Shown here: positions 9,339-19,400 of the stretch, one piece after another | How the letters are laid out: every line of letters begins with the position of its first letter | How positions within the stretch are numbered: the first letter of the stretch is position 1 | DNA from: Candidatus Latescibacterota bacterium | GTDB taxonomy: Bacteria; Latescibacterota; UBA2968 | Assembly (NCBI GenBank): GCA_965208125.1 | Contig: OZ242320.1 | Coordinates: 1,760,001 to 1,824,000, forward strand | Reading direction: 5' to 3' | DNA length: 64,000 nt | The notes under the pieces: generated by a model | What the model was told of the DNA's origin: nothing | What the model saw: only the letters and a program-made list of their open reading frames with translations | Databases searched by the model: none | Made by a program: the position numbers and the translations under genes

Positions 9339-10466
9339 ATGAAAATCGACCAGGTCGAACACTTCCTGCTCGGCAACAGCTATGTCGTCCGCCTTACCAC
9401 CGACACCGGCATCTCCGGCATCGGAACCTCTGCTTGCTGGGGCTATCCCGAAGCCATCCGATCCATAGCGAAAGTCTTCAAAGAATACCTCATCGGACAA
9501 AATCCCATGCGCATAGAACACCACTGGCAGCACCTCTACCGCATGGCACCCTTTCGCGGCACCGCGCTTTGCGGTGCAGTCAGCGCAATGGACATCGCCC
9601 TGTACGACATCAAAGGCAAACACTTTCAAGTCCCGGTCTGGGAACTCCTCGGCGGCAACTGCCGCGACAAAATTCGCCTGCACCTCCTCGCGGGCGGACC
9701 CACACCCGAACAAATGTATAAAAACGCAAAAGCCGCCGTTGCCGAAGGCTTCACCGCCATCAAATTTGATCCCATCACAGGCGGATACCAGAACCAGGCG
9801 CAATCGCGCATCATACAAAACGCCGTCGAAATCGTCGCCGCTGCCCGCGAAGGTGCCGGACCCGATGTGGATCTCATCGTCGAAGTCCACCGCAAACTCA
9901 CCCCAATGGTCGCCGTAGCCCTGGGCGAAGCCCTCATCCCCTATCACCTCTACTTCATGGAAGACCCCATCCAGATAGACACCATCACCACCCAGGCTGA
10001 AATCGCCAAACGCATCCCCGTACCCCTGGGCAATGGCGAGCGCTTCACCTCAATATGGGAATTTCGCGAACTCCTCGAACACGGCGGACCCCAATACGTG
10101 CGTCCAGACATTGCCCTGGCAGGAGGCCTGACCCACTGCAAAAAAATCGCCGCCATTGCAGAATCCTATCACTGCGCGGTCGTCACCCACAACTTTCTCA
10201 GTCCCCTGGGCACAGCCGCATCCCTTCACCTCGACGCCAGCATCCCCAACTTCATCACACAGGAATACTCCAAAAACGACGAAAGCGAACGCAACGCCGT
10301 GTACAAATGCGCGCACAAACGCGAAGGCGGCTATATTCCCCTCCCCGAAGCACCTGGCCTTGGCGTTGAACTTGACGACGCCAAAATCCCCGACACGCCC
10401 TTTGCCCCCTTGACCAAAGTCAATACACCCAGACGAGAGGACGGATCAATCGCGTATGCGGTGTGA
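9339..10466 (+). CDS. Mandelate racemase/muconate lactonizing enzyme family dehydratase (galactonate dehydratase-like)
   Basis: SAMDIALYDIKGK, FTAIKFDP, FMEDP, GNGER, HN, PGLGVE. Confidence 0.9.
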   Translation: MKIDQVEHFLLGNSYVVRLTTDTGISGIGTSACWGYPEAIRSIAKVFKEYLIGQNPMRIEHHWQHLYRMAPFRGTALCGAVSAMDIALYDIKGKHFQVPVWELLGGNCRDKIRLHLLAGGPTPEQMYKNAKAAVAEGFTAIKFDPITGGYQNQAQSRIIQNAVEIVAAAREGAGPDVDLIVEVHRKLTPMVAVALGEALIPYHLYFMEDPIQIDTITTQAEIAKRIPVPLGNGERFTSIWEFRELLEHGGPQYVRPDIALAGGLTHCKKIAAIAESYHCAVVTHNFLSPLGTAASLHLDASIPNFITQEYSKNDESERNAVYKCAHKREGGYIPLPEAPGLGVELDDAKIPDTPFAPLTKVNTPRREDGSIAYAV

Positions 10467-11634
10467 AACAAATTACAAAACCGCCATCCTCAATGCGGTA
10501 TCAAACCCCGAGACCTTTCTCAGGCTTACCCTGAGCCATCCGCGTCGTGGCACAACCTGTAACAAAATCGCCGTCCGCATGGTCCAGATCAAAAATGCGC
10601 CCCATCTCCAGATCGCGCGATATAGCCGCACGCAAGACATCACGGAAAACATCCCACTGACCGACGCGAACGCCGCGCTCGACGAACTACTCGCCCTGCC
10701 CTTCGCACAAATCCACGTACAAAATAGTCACGAAGACCTCCACATTCGCATCACAAAAAAAGGCCGCGCACTATTCAAACGCGCAAAACCCTCGCGTCCA
10801 AACATCCAGCCCGCACTATCGCACAACCGCGTCAAACACCACCCCCTATCCGACAACCGTCCCGACGCCTTTCTACAGGGCCTCGGCATCATGGATCAAA
10901 ACGGACGCGTACGCGCCTCCATGCGCGACAAATTCAAACAAATCAACGCCTTTCTCCACCACTTACAACCCGTCATATCAGAAACAAATCGCCCCCTCAC
11001 CCTCATAGACTGCGGCTGCGGCAACGCGTATCTCACATTCGCAGCGTATCACTACCTGAACAACATTCAGAACATCCCCGCGCGACTCATCGGCATTGAC
11101 CACAACCCATCCCTCATCGCCAAATGTCGCACCCTCGCCCGTGACCTCGGCTGGTCAGACCTCGCCTTTCACAATTCCAGCATCGCCGACTTCACACCCC
11201 AAACACCGCCCGACATCGTCTTTAGCCTGCACGCCTGCGACACAGCAACCGACGACGCCATTGCCCGCGCCGTACAGTGGAACAGCCCCGTCATCCTCGC
11301 AGCCCCCTGCTGCCAGCACGAACTGCGCCCACAACTCGACGTATCTGTCTTCGCACCCGTAATGGCGCACGGCATCCTCAAAGGGCGCACCGCCGACATC
11401 CTCACCGACGCCTGCCGCGCACAACTCCTGCGCATACTGGGCTATCGCACCGAACTCATAGAATTCATCGACTCCAAACACACGCCCAAAAACATCCTCA
11501 TCCGCGCAAAAAAAACCTCCCGAACAAGTGATCCAACCCTCGTTCAGGAGTATTGCACCCTGCGCGACTTCTGGCACATCAAACCCAGCCTCGAACACCT
11601 GCTCACTCGCGAACTCGCGCCCTTTTTATCCTGA
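10456..11634 (+). CDS. SAM-dependent methyltransferase (Methyltransf_32-like)
   Basis: IDCGCGNAYL, SLHACDTATD, APCCQH, HTPKN. Confidence 0.85.
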   Translation: MRCETNYKTAILNAVSNPETFLRLTLSHPRRGTTCNKIAVRMVQIKNAPHLQIARYSRTQDITENIPLTDANAALDELLALPFAQIHVQNSHEDLHIRITKKGRALFKRAKPSRPNIQPALSHNRVKHHPLSDNRPDAFLQGLGIMDQNGRVRASMRDKFKQINAFLHHLQPVISETNRPLTLIDCGCGNAYLTFAAYHYLNNIQNIPARLIGIDHNPSLIAKCRTLARDLGWSDLAFHNSSIADFTPQTPPDIVFSLHACDTATDDAIARAVQWNSPVILAAPCCQHELRPQLDVSVFAPVMAHGILKGRTADILTDACRAQLLRILGYRTELIEFIDSKHTPKNILIRAKKTSRTSDPTLVQEYCTLRDFWHIKPSLEHLLTRELAPFLS

Positions 11635-11645
11635 CTTACTTACAT

Positions 11646-11683
11646 AAAAACGGGTAGAACTACAATTCTCTACCCGTCTCTTT
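11646..11683. terminator. Probable bidirectional terminator
   Basis: ACGGGTAGA..TCTACCCGT stem between convergent genes, with an A-tract on the left. Confidence 0.55.
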
Positions 11684-11745
11684 GGGGATCATATACAATA
11701 GCCCCGAATCTCAAATACTTAACAGACTCATGAGCATTTTGTCGA

Positions 11746-12111
11746 TTATGCACAATACCTCTGATAAAACTCTTTTACTTCTTCTGGTGTCTGGTCTGAT
11801 TCACAAAGTCCTTGACGAATTTTGAGCAAAAGTACTGGTGCTATAGGCGGTTGAAAAATACCATCACGCAGAAGAATATTGGCCCGCCATTCCTCAAGTA
11901 TGTCCGCATATTCATAAGCAACAACCGATTTTTTTTGTACAAAAGGATGATCATTCGGTTGAAGGATACATGTTTCATCTATTCCCGGATACCATGACGT
12001 GATATTCAACAGTATTGTTTGTGGTGGATTGCCTACGCATTCTATAAGAAATAAGTATAAATGATGACCGCCAGAATCATCAATCAATACACATCTACCT
12101 GCTAACGGCAT
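11746..12111 (-). CDS. Putative toxin (PemK/MazF-like fold) downstream of a Panacea antitoxin
   Basis: H-x-hydrophobic strand, NITS, DETCILQPNDHPFVQKKSVVAY. Lies 8 bp from the partner gene. Confidence 0.55.
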   Translation of the reverse strand: MPLAGRCVLIDDSGGHHLYLFLIECVGNPPQTILLNITSWYPGIDETCILQPNDHPFVQKKSVVAYEYADILEEWRANILLRDGIFQPPIAPVLLLKIRQGLCESDQTPEEVKEFYQRYCA

Positions 12112-12119
12112 ATTTTACC

Positions 12120-12728
12120 CTATCTTATTTCTTGACTCATATTTTCAATCCTGCGTTCAAATATTGCCCTCCCACTAAGTTTTTGTTTAATCGCTATTAA
12201 ATCATCACCACACCATCCCACAGCTTTGAGTAAAGTATCCCAATCTATTGGAGAAGAGGACATGCCAGGGTCATCAAACTCTGGCAATGAATGCACATAT
12301 CTCTGTAATTCATCAAATGATTTTTTTCCAAATTTCTCAAATACCTCACGTATCAAATCAACTTCAAAGCGGGACAGTTTACCTTCACCTGTATCACCTC
12401 TGAGTAACTTAATGACATGCGGGGATTCAGGAGAAGAAAAAAATTGAGACCAATATTCCCCTGTCCACGGATTATTAATAAGATGATACGTATTACTCGG
12501 TGTCGGACCTAATGGTGTATTATATGGACGATCATAAGTTATTGGGCTTCCCCGACGTTTCAAAGACTCTCTATCAATGAGATAAATTAACTTGACCAGT
12601 TTATGTACATCAATTTTATCGCCACAATAAGTTGCGAGTATCGCAGCAACCTGGGTCGTCTTGTGTTCTTTAAACTGAGGCACTTCCAGTGTCGGTATAA
12701 ACGTCTCAGCAGGTGTGGGATTAGACAT
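12120..12728 (-). CDS. Panacea-domain (DUF4065/SocA-like) antitoxin
   Basis: KLVKLIYLIDRESL..G.PIT.D..GP motif and a C-terminal LQRYVHSLPE. Confidence 0.8.
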   Translation of the reverse strand: MSNPTPAETFIPTLEVPQFKEHKTTQVAAILATYCGDKIDVHKLVKLIYLIDRESLKRRGSPITYDRPYNTPLGPTPSNTYHLINNPWTGEYWSQFFSSPESPHVIKLLRGDTGEGKLSRFEVDLIREVFEKFGKKSFDELQRYVHSLPEFDDPGMSSSPIDWDTLLKAVGWCGDDLIAIKQKLSGRAIFERRIENMSQEIR

Positions 12729-12822
12729 AACGTTTTACTCTTTCTTCAAGGGATAATCTGCCTCGCAGATGGGCAATCAAAATGGACGTATCAATCAATA
12801 CGCCTCGATTTTCTTCTGCCAT
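12721..12822 (-). pseudogene. Truncated VapC/PIN toxin (33 aa)
   Basis: Hand translation MAEENRGVLIDTSILIAHLRGRLSLEERVKRYV*. It has the PIN beta1 DTS motif and overlaps the end of the upstream small gene. Confidence 0.7.
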
Positions 12823-13064
12823 TCATCCCATTCCTTTTCAACTTCTCGAAAAGCTGTCGCAATTCCCTCGTCGTCTTTCCAAATGCCGTGCGTCTGTGCC
12901 AGTGCTTCCAGCATCTTTTTTTTATTTTGCGCCTTCAACTTCACAGGGACCTGTGGAACGGTATGTGACAACTCCTGAATAGTCATTTCCAACAGGCGAA
13001 GACGCTCTGCCATGGATAGGGGTTTGACATATTTTTTGTAGATTATTTCCAGGTGATCCGCCAT
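12795..13064 (-). CDS. Putative antitoxin of the truncated VapC
   Basis: 89 aa with KPLSMAERLRLL helix and GIWKD. RBS AAGGAG. Overlaps the PIN start. Confidence 0.65.
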   Translation of the reverse strand: MADHLEIIYKKYVKPLSMAERLRLLEMTIQELSHTVPQVPVKLKAQNKKKMLEALAQTHGIWKDDEGIATAFREVEKEWDEWQKKIEAY

Positions 13065-13298
13065 GTTATCTCCTTTTATGGAAACAATGTATCAAAAAGT
13101 AACATTTCTCAGAATGTCAGACAATACAAATCTCACAATTTATGACATTGTGCCTATCTCAGTCGAAATAATGAAGACTTCAATGTAAATTGAATACCGC
13201 AAGTAAAAATACTGTTTCCTCAACCATTAGGAGAAAACGCCTGAGACATCTTACTCGATCTGTGCAGGCAACAAACCGATGCTTCTATCCAACCCTGC

Positions 13299-14132
13299 TC
13301 AGGGGCTTAAAGTCAGTCCTTCGCGGGCAACCACCGCCCCTGCGAACAATCGGCGCGCCGCCGCTTCGATTCTACTGAGTGCCTCGTCGTCGCGCTTCGG
13401 TGCGTGGTGGAAGATGACGTACGTCTTGACGCCAGATACACGGCATAGCCGCGCCCCTTCCTCGAAGGTCGAATGACCCCAGCCGCGATGACGGGGGAAC
13501 TCAGCATCGGTAAACATCGCGTCATAGATCACGATATCAGCCCCTTCAATAAGGCCAATGACGTTCTCATCCTGCATCCCCGGCTCGTGCTCGGTATCCG
13601 TGATGTAGCAGATGCTTTTTCCAGCGTATTCGACCCGGTAACCTGTCGCCCCACCGGGATGTCGAAGCGGCGCAGTGCGAATGGCTATTCCGGGCTTCGG
13701 ATTCAGTGTCTCGCCAGCCTGAAAATCAAAGAACGCAACGTGGGCGGGAAAAATTTCGGGCGACACGGGAAAGAGCGGCGCGCTCATAAGGTGGCGAACC
13801 GCCCCTTCGGTGGTACCGCCCGCTGGCTGATGTCCGGACCATACCCGGAGCGTGTTGCCGCGCTGGTAGGCGAACGGGAAGAACGGCAGACCGAGGACAT
13901 GGTCGATATGACTATGGGAAAGGAACAGATCAACATCGGTACATCCTTCCTCAACCAGGGCAACTCCGAGCCTGCGAATGCCTGAACCAGCATCGAAAAC
14001 AAGCACCGCCTCATCACATCGGACCTCGACACAGGAGGTATTGCCGCCGTAGCGGATGTAATGAGCATCCGAGACGGGGATGCTCCCCCGTACTCCCCAG
14101 AACCGGACGTACATGTGATTTAAAGCACTCAT
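13299..14132 (-). CDS. MBL-fold metallo-hydrolase, putative cyclic-nucleotide phosphodiesterase
   Basis: FWGVRGS, YGGNTSC, DAGSG, SHSHIDH (HxHxDH), HPGG, TDTEH, WGHST, FHH. Confidence 0.85.
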   Translation of the reverse strand: MSALNHMYVRFWGVRGSIPVSDAHYIRYGGNTSCVEVRCDEAVLVFDAGSGIRRLGVALVEEGCTDVDLFLSHSHIDHVLGLPFFPFAYQRGNTLRVWSGHQPAGGTTEGAVRHLMSAPLFPVSPEIFPAHVAFFDFQAGETLNPKPGIAIRTAPLRHPGGATGYRVEYAGKSICYITDTEHEPGMQDENVIGLIEGADIVIYDAMFTDAEFPRHRGWGHSTFEEGARLCRVSGVKTYVIFHHAPKRDDEALSRIEAAARRLFAGAVVAREGLTLSP

Positions 14133-14202
14133 CTAAGGAAATATTCGGAAATGTACAACGTGAAAGGTCTGCAACGGGCGACTTCTCATGGTTCGACTCC
14201 TC

Positions 14203-16395
14203 TTATAGATGGTGCCCGAGCTCCCGCGTAGAACGATCCAGGCGGGCGGCGATCATCTTGACGATAGCGGCATGAAAACGACCAGCGGCTTCGGGATGCC
14301 GCAATTGCAAGTGCTGTAGGGCCTCGGCGTCAAGACGGTACAGGACACTCGAGGTTTCGATTCGAACGCTCGCCGTACGCGGCCCTTCCATATAGACGGC
14401 CATCTCGCCGAGGATCGCACCACTCGTATAAACACACACGACGTGTTCACCGCCGTATGCTGCATCGACCACCACCGACACGGTACCCGAATCAACGATA
14501 TAAAGACTGTCTCCCAGATCCCCGCGCCGAAACAACCAGTTCCCCTCGGCATGTTTCTGCCTCTGGAAGAAGGGCACTATTCGGCGAGCGGCATCCTCGT
14601 CTCTCAGCATCTTGCTGAGCCGGCCTTCGAGTGTGTCAGTGCCGACGAGCCTCGACGCCTTGTGATCGTCCAAAATCCGGTCCTCGCAATAGGCAATGCC
14701 TTCATTGAGTTGAGAAAATTGACAGCGATGGACACGTGATGTCGGTTTCGTGAAAAACGCGATGCCTTCCAATTGTTCTCCCATCCTTTCGTCATGTCCC
14801 GTGATGACCACCGAAACCCCGTAATTTTCCGTCACCTGGGCCAGTCTCGAAAAGAGCGTGACACCCGACGCATCCATGAAGACGACATGTTTGAGATCCA
14901 GAATCAGATACTTTAACCTCAGTTCCTCCGGCGATGTCAGCTTTTCGCGTATGATGCCCATCAAGTCGCCAGCCGTTCCAAAGAAAAGAGCGCCTTGCAC
15001 CTCCATAATGAGAATACAGTCGCTCTCGTGGTCGAGAATCTCCCGAATCTCCGGATCGCGCTCAATGTGGCTGATGCGATCCCGTCCGGTGTATTCGCTT
15101 CTGATGCTGGTGAGCCGACTATAGTTGATTACGAACAGGATCACCGATATCAACAGCCCAAAAATTATCCCCTCAAGAAGACCCTTCCAGATGCAGACCG
15201 TCAGAATCAGCAGTACCACGATATAGTCCGACGACGGCAGTTCTTTTCGAGCCATCCACACCCATTTCAGCAGAAAATCGATTCCTATATAGACGAGCAG
15301 ACCGCCTACGATAAAAATCGGAAACATAGAGATGAAATTGATCGCGACGAAGACCGCGGTCAGGATGCAGGCAACGAAAACGAACCCCGCTAAACGGCGA
15401 TCGCCGCCCGACATGTAGAATAGGGCCGTATCCGGCAGACTCTGAACGCCAGCACAACCGCCGAACAGACCACAGGCCACGTTCGCGACCCCAGCCACCT
15501 TTAGTTCGCGATTTGGATCGAGCCCCTTATTGACGATGATTTCGATGGCCGTAACGTCGATCAAGAGCAGGATGACGCACACCATCGCAACCGCCCCGAT
15601 GCTACCAGCCTGCCCCGCGACAGTCAGCCAATGCACGCGGGACAAGTCATCGAAATCGAAGACCGGAAATAAGGTCGGGAAATCGGAAAGCTCCAGCAAC
15701 CAGCCCGAGGCCATGGCTACTTCCAGGGCCTGACCGCTCAACCACAAGAGCGTGTAGAACACCGCAAATCCCAGCAGCAAAAGGATCGGAATAACGAACC
15801 ACTGATTCCACCGGCGTTTAAAAACGTACAAAAACACGCCAAAAATCAACGGCGAAGCCCACTGCTGTATAATCTCCGGTGAAAACCATATAGCGAGGTC
15901 ATTCCAGGGGATGGGCTGATGCGTAGCGACCGACAACCCGCCTGTGAAAAGCGCGAATCCTCCTCCGGCAAAGATCCCTCCGGCGACCGGGTAAGGAAAG
16001 TAACGCACGAGTCTGCCCAGACCAAATTGTCCGACCAGCACCAGGACCAGACCGGTCACAATACTCGTGATCCCGAATGCCGCGATCACCGTCGCTAACA
16101 CATCGGCCTCTCGGCCCTGAGCCGCCATCGTTACTGCAATTTTTGCCGCCATCGCGGAAAAAATAGGTATCGTGGCTGATCGAAGCGAGACTATGATGCC
16201 GGGATAACCACTCCCCAGCGTCCCACCGAGTGCGATTACAACTGTGCTGATCAGAAGCAGGACAATTCCCGTCGAGAGATACTCTACCATAGGGCCGGAA
16301 AAAATCAACGCTGCTAAAGCAATCGTTCCAAATATTGCCAGGATCCCATTGATAATTCCGGCCAAAATATTTTCGATGTTCTTTTGCAACTTCAT
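14203..16395 (-). CDS. SulP/SLC26 anion transporter with STAS and C-terminal cNMP-binding domains
   Basis: Many TM segments with RYFPYPVAGG and DPNREL..G.AN. STAS GALFFGTA..LDLKHV.FMDASG. cNMP cassette GEMA..PRTASV. Confidence 0.9.
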   Translation of the reverse strand: MKLQKNIENILAGIINGILAIFGTIALAALIFSGPMVEYLSTGIVLLLISTVVIALGGTLGSGYPGIIVSLRSATIPIFSAMAAKIAVTMAAQGREADVLATVIAAFGITSIVTGLVLVLVGQFGLGRLVRYFPYPVAGGIFAGGGFALFTGGLSVATHQPIPWNDLAIWFSPEIIQQWASPLIFGVFLYVFKRRWNQWFVIPILLLLGFAVFYTLLWLSGQALEVAMASGWLLELSDFPTLFPVFDFDDLSRVHWLTVAGQAGSIGAVAMVCVILLLIDVTAIEIIVNKGLDPNRELKVAGVANVACGLFGGCAGVQSLPDTALFYMSGGDRRLAGFVFVACILTAVFVAINFISMFPIFIVGGLLVYIGIDFLLKWVWMARKELPSSDYIVVLLILTVCIWKGLLEGIIFGLLISVILFVINYSRLTSIRSEYTGRDRISHIERDPEIREILDHESDCILIMEVQGALFFGTAGDLMGIIREKLTSPEELRLKYLILDLKHVVFMDASGVTLFSRLAQVTENYGVSVVITGHDERMGEQLEGIAFFTKPTSRVHRCQFSQLNEGIAYCEDRILDDHKASRLVGTDTLEGRLSKMLRDEDAARRIVPFFQRQKHAEGNWLFRRGDLGDSLYIVDSGTVSVVVDAAYGGEHVVCVYTSGAILGEMAVYMEGPRTASVRIETSSVLYRLDAEALQHLQLRHPEAAGRFHAAIVKMIAARLDRSTRELGHHL

Positions 16396-16432
16396 GGAAA
16401 TTTGTCTTTTCGAATACCTTTAGAACAGCTTC

Positions 16433-19400
16433 TCAGGTTTCTGCGTGCCCGGTGCGCACAGCTCCTTCCCGTATCTGTCGCACCGGCTGCGCGTCCAGAA
16501 AGGTGTGCCGCCGTTCGGAATCTTGCAGTTGCGTCGCCACCTCGTGAATGATGTCCAGTGCCTCGCGATAGGCAGCGCGAGCCCGATCCGTCTCGCCCCG
16601 ATCTTCATACAGCATCCCCAGGGCCTGGTGCGTCCGCCAAATCTGCGGCGGATTGCCGAGGTCCCGGCTAATCGCCAGTGCCCGGCGGAGGGCTTGCTCG
16701 GCTTCCTCATCGCGTCCTTGAGCGAGGAGGGCCTGCCCTTGCAGGCGCCATCCCTTGGCGAGGTTCTTGCGGCTTGCCGTCGGCTCTGCCTCCTTGCAGC
16801 ACAACTCGGTATATATGAGAGCCTTCGCGCTGTCTCCCTTAGCCAGCCACAACTCGCCCAGGCTGTGCCACAAATGCTGGGCGTATCGCCATTTCATCCA
16901 GTCTTCGCCCCATGTCCCGTGCCGCTGCAGGCTTTCGTGGACCTCCTCGAGATGCTCTTCGGCCTCTTCCAACCTGCCGAGCAGGAGGAGAGTATCGCCC
17001 TGGTTCAACTGTGCGTTCCTGATGACTTCGGGATCGCCGATTTCCTCCGAGGCGTCGAGACACGTCTGGTTGTAATGAAGAGCCGCCTCCAGGTCATAGA
17101 GCTCGCCGCACACCCAGCCCAGAGTATTGAGAATCCGCCCTCTGTGGGCGTAGTCACCGAGACGCTCGCTCAGATCCAGGGCTTCTTCGAGGGACGCAAG
17201 AGCCTTCTCGTAGTCACCCCTCCCACACAGGATAATCCCTCTCATCCACAGCACCCCAGAGATGAGAAATGGCAGGTTCTGCGTCCGGCCGATGTGCAGT
17301 GCCTGATCCAGAAGCTGGAGTGCCTGTGCGTATTCCCCCTTCCAGTTCCTGATCTGTCCCAGCACCCACAGGCAGAACCCTTCCTGCTCCTCATCCTTGG
17401 CTTCTCGACTTATCTGCAACGCATCATTGCAATGACGCCTGGCCTCGTCGAGATCACCGAGCACGGCGCGTACCCAGCCGATGACGAAGGTACTCGCCGC
17501 GACCGTAGATCCGGCACCGATCTGCTGTGCTAACACCTTCGCGCGCTCGCTGCATTGCAAAGCCTCCTCAAATTCGTGGGCCCAGTGATAGCCCAAACCC
17601 ATCTTATAGAGGGCGAACGCCTCTTGCGCCCGGTCTCTGTTTCGACGGGCGATCTCGAGCACTTGTCGATAGGCTTCGACAGAAAGCAAGAACTCGCTGC
17701 GGAGAAAATGCGCCTCGCCTTTGTGGGCGTAGATCGACATCATCTCCGGATTGACCGCCGAGCCGAGTTGTTCACAGACGACCAGGGCACGCGCGTGGAA
17801 ATCAAGTGCTTCCTTTAGAGCCGAGGCCTGCTGTGCCTTCTGTCCGGCTTGCACGAGATAGGTCAGTGCCTTTTTCCACATTTCCCCCCGCTCGAAATGA
17901 TGGGCCAACACTTCAGCGTGTTCGACCAGGTGATCAACCTCGAATTTCTCGATGGTTTCGCCAATCAGCCGATGCAGATATTGCTGGCTCCTGACCAATA
18001 GCGATTGGTACGCCACCTCGCGCGTGAGCGCGTGTTTAAATATATAGCTTAGATCTGGCTCCGAATCCATTTCGCGGATCATTTCAATATCCGTCAGGTC
18101 CCGCAAATAGGTATCGAGCAGGTCCGGCTGAGCCACCTCCAGCCGGACGAGTAGCCCGCGTGTAAACTCTCGACCAACCGCGGCGGCGAACTGAAGCGTT
18201 GTCCTGTGCGCCTCCTCAAGGCGATCAAATCGCGCCGAGAGAACGTCCTGGACGGTCTCGGGAATAGAAATATCCTCAATGGGCCTGGTCAACACACAAC
18301 GATGCTCAACTCGTCGTATGGCCCCGACTTCCTGGAGCGATCTGACCACTTGTTCGATAAAGAACGGATTCCCTTCCGTTTTGCGGTCAATCAGGCTTGC
18401 GAGCTCGTCCGGCAAAAAATCGACGCCCAGTATGGTCTTGGCTATCTGTGTGCTATGCTTTGTCGAGAGTGGTTGCAGAGTCAAGTGCGTATGATAGGTT
18501 CGCTCGCCAAATGGAGAGGCATAACCGGGCCGATAGGTCAACAGGAACAAGACATGGCTTGTCGAGATGCTGTCGGCAATGACCTTGAGAAAGTCTTGAG
18601 TCGCCTGATCCATCCAGTGGATATCCTCCAGGACGATCACTCTGGGGGACAACTCCGAGGCGTAGAACAGGACACGCTGGAGCGCGCGGAAAAGCTCGTT
18701 CCGGCGCAGTTGAGGGTCCATCCTTCGCACGTTCTCGTCTCCGGGGTCTAAGGCGAGAAGGTAACGCAGATAAGGCAGATCGGAACGCAAGGCATCGCTG
18801 TGACTTAACAACGTCTGCTCGATCTTTGTGACGACCGTCGTGTCCGCCTCTGCCTCCTCGATACCTGCGCTTCTCTTGAGCATATCGATTAAAGGATGAA
18901 ATACTGAGGAACTTCCAAACGAAAGGGCGCGGCCTTCAAGCCAGGTAGCAGCGGTGGCAGCGATCCGCTGACGGAACTCCAGCAGGAGACGCGATTTGCC
19001 AATACCTGGATCCCCGACCAGAAAGACCATCTGTCCATGACCCGCCTGTGCCTGTGCAAAGCAGTTCTGCAGTGTCTGCAACTCGCGTTCGCGCCCCATG
19101 AAATGCGTCAGACCGCGTTTGATTTCCACGTCGAGTCTATTCACGGATTCAAACGCGGCAAGCACCTCCCAGGCCAGCATCGAATCGGCCTTTCCCTTCA
19201 GGTCAAGGGTGCCGAGCGAGCGCGTTTGGCAATATCCTTTAACCAGACGATGGGTGGACTCTGAGATCACGATCTGGTCGGGGGCGGCCTGACCTTCCAG
19301 GCGAGCCGCCACATTCGTGGTGTCCCCCACGGCGGTGTAATCCATCCGCAAGTTGTCGCCGATGGCTCCCACCACCACGGTACCCGTATTTATTCCTATC

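Noticed and set aside
14190-14200. GGTTCGACTCC, a tRNA T-loop-like motif
   Set aside because: It has no 5-bp T-stem or cloverleaf, and it is the reverse complement of an RBS region.
16445-17533. Long antisense ORFs (also 19424-20287, 20524-21405, 46251-47135, 52846-53946, 59241-60140)
   Set aside because: They are shadows of well-supported genes on the opposite strand and carry no recognisable motifs.
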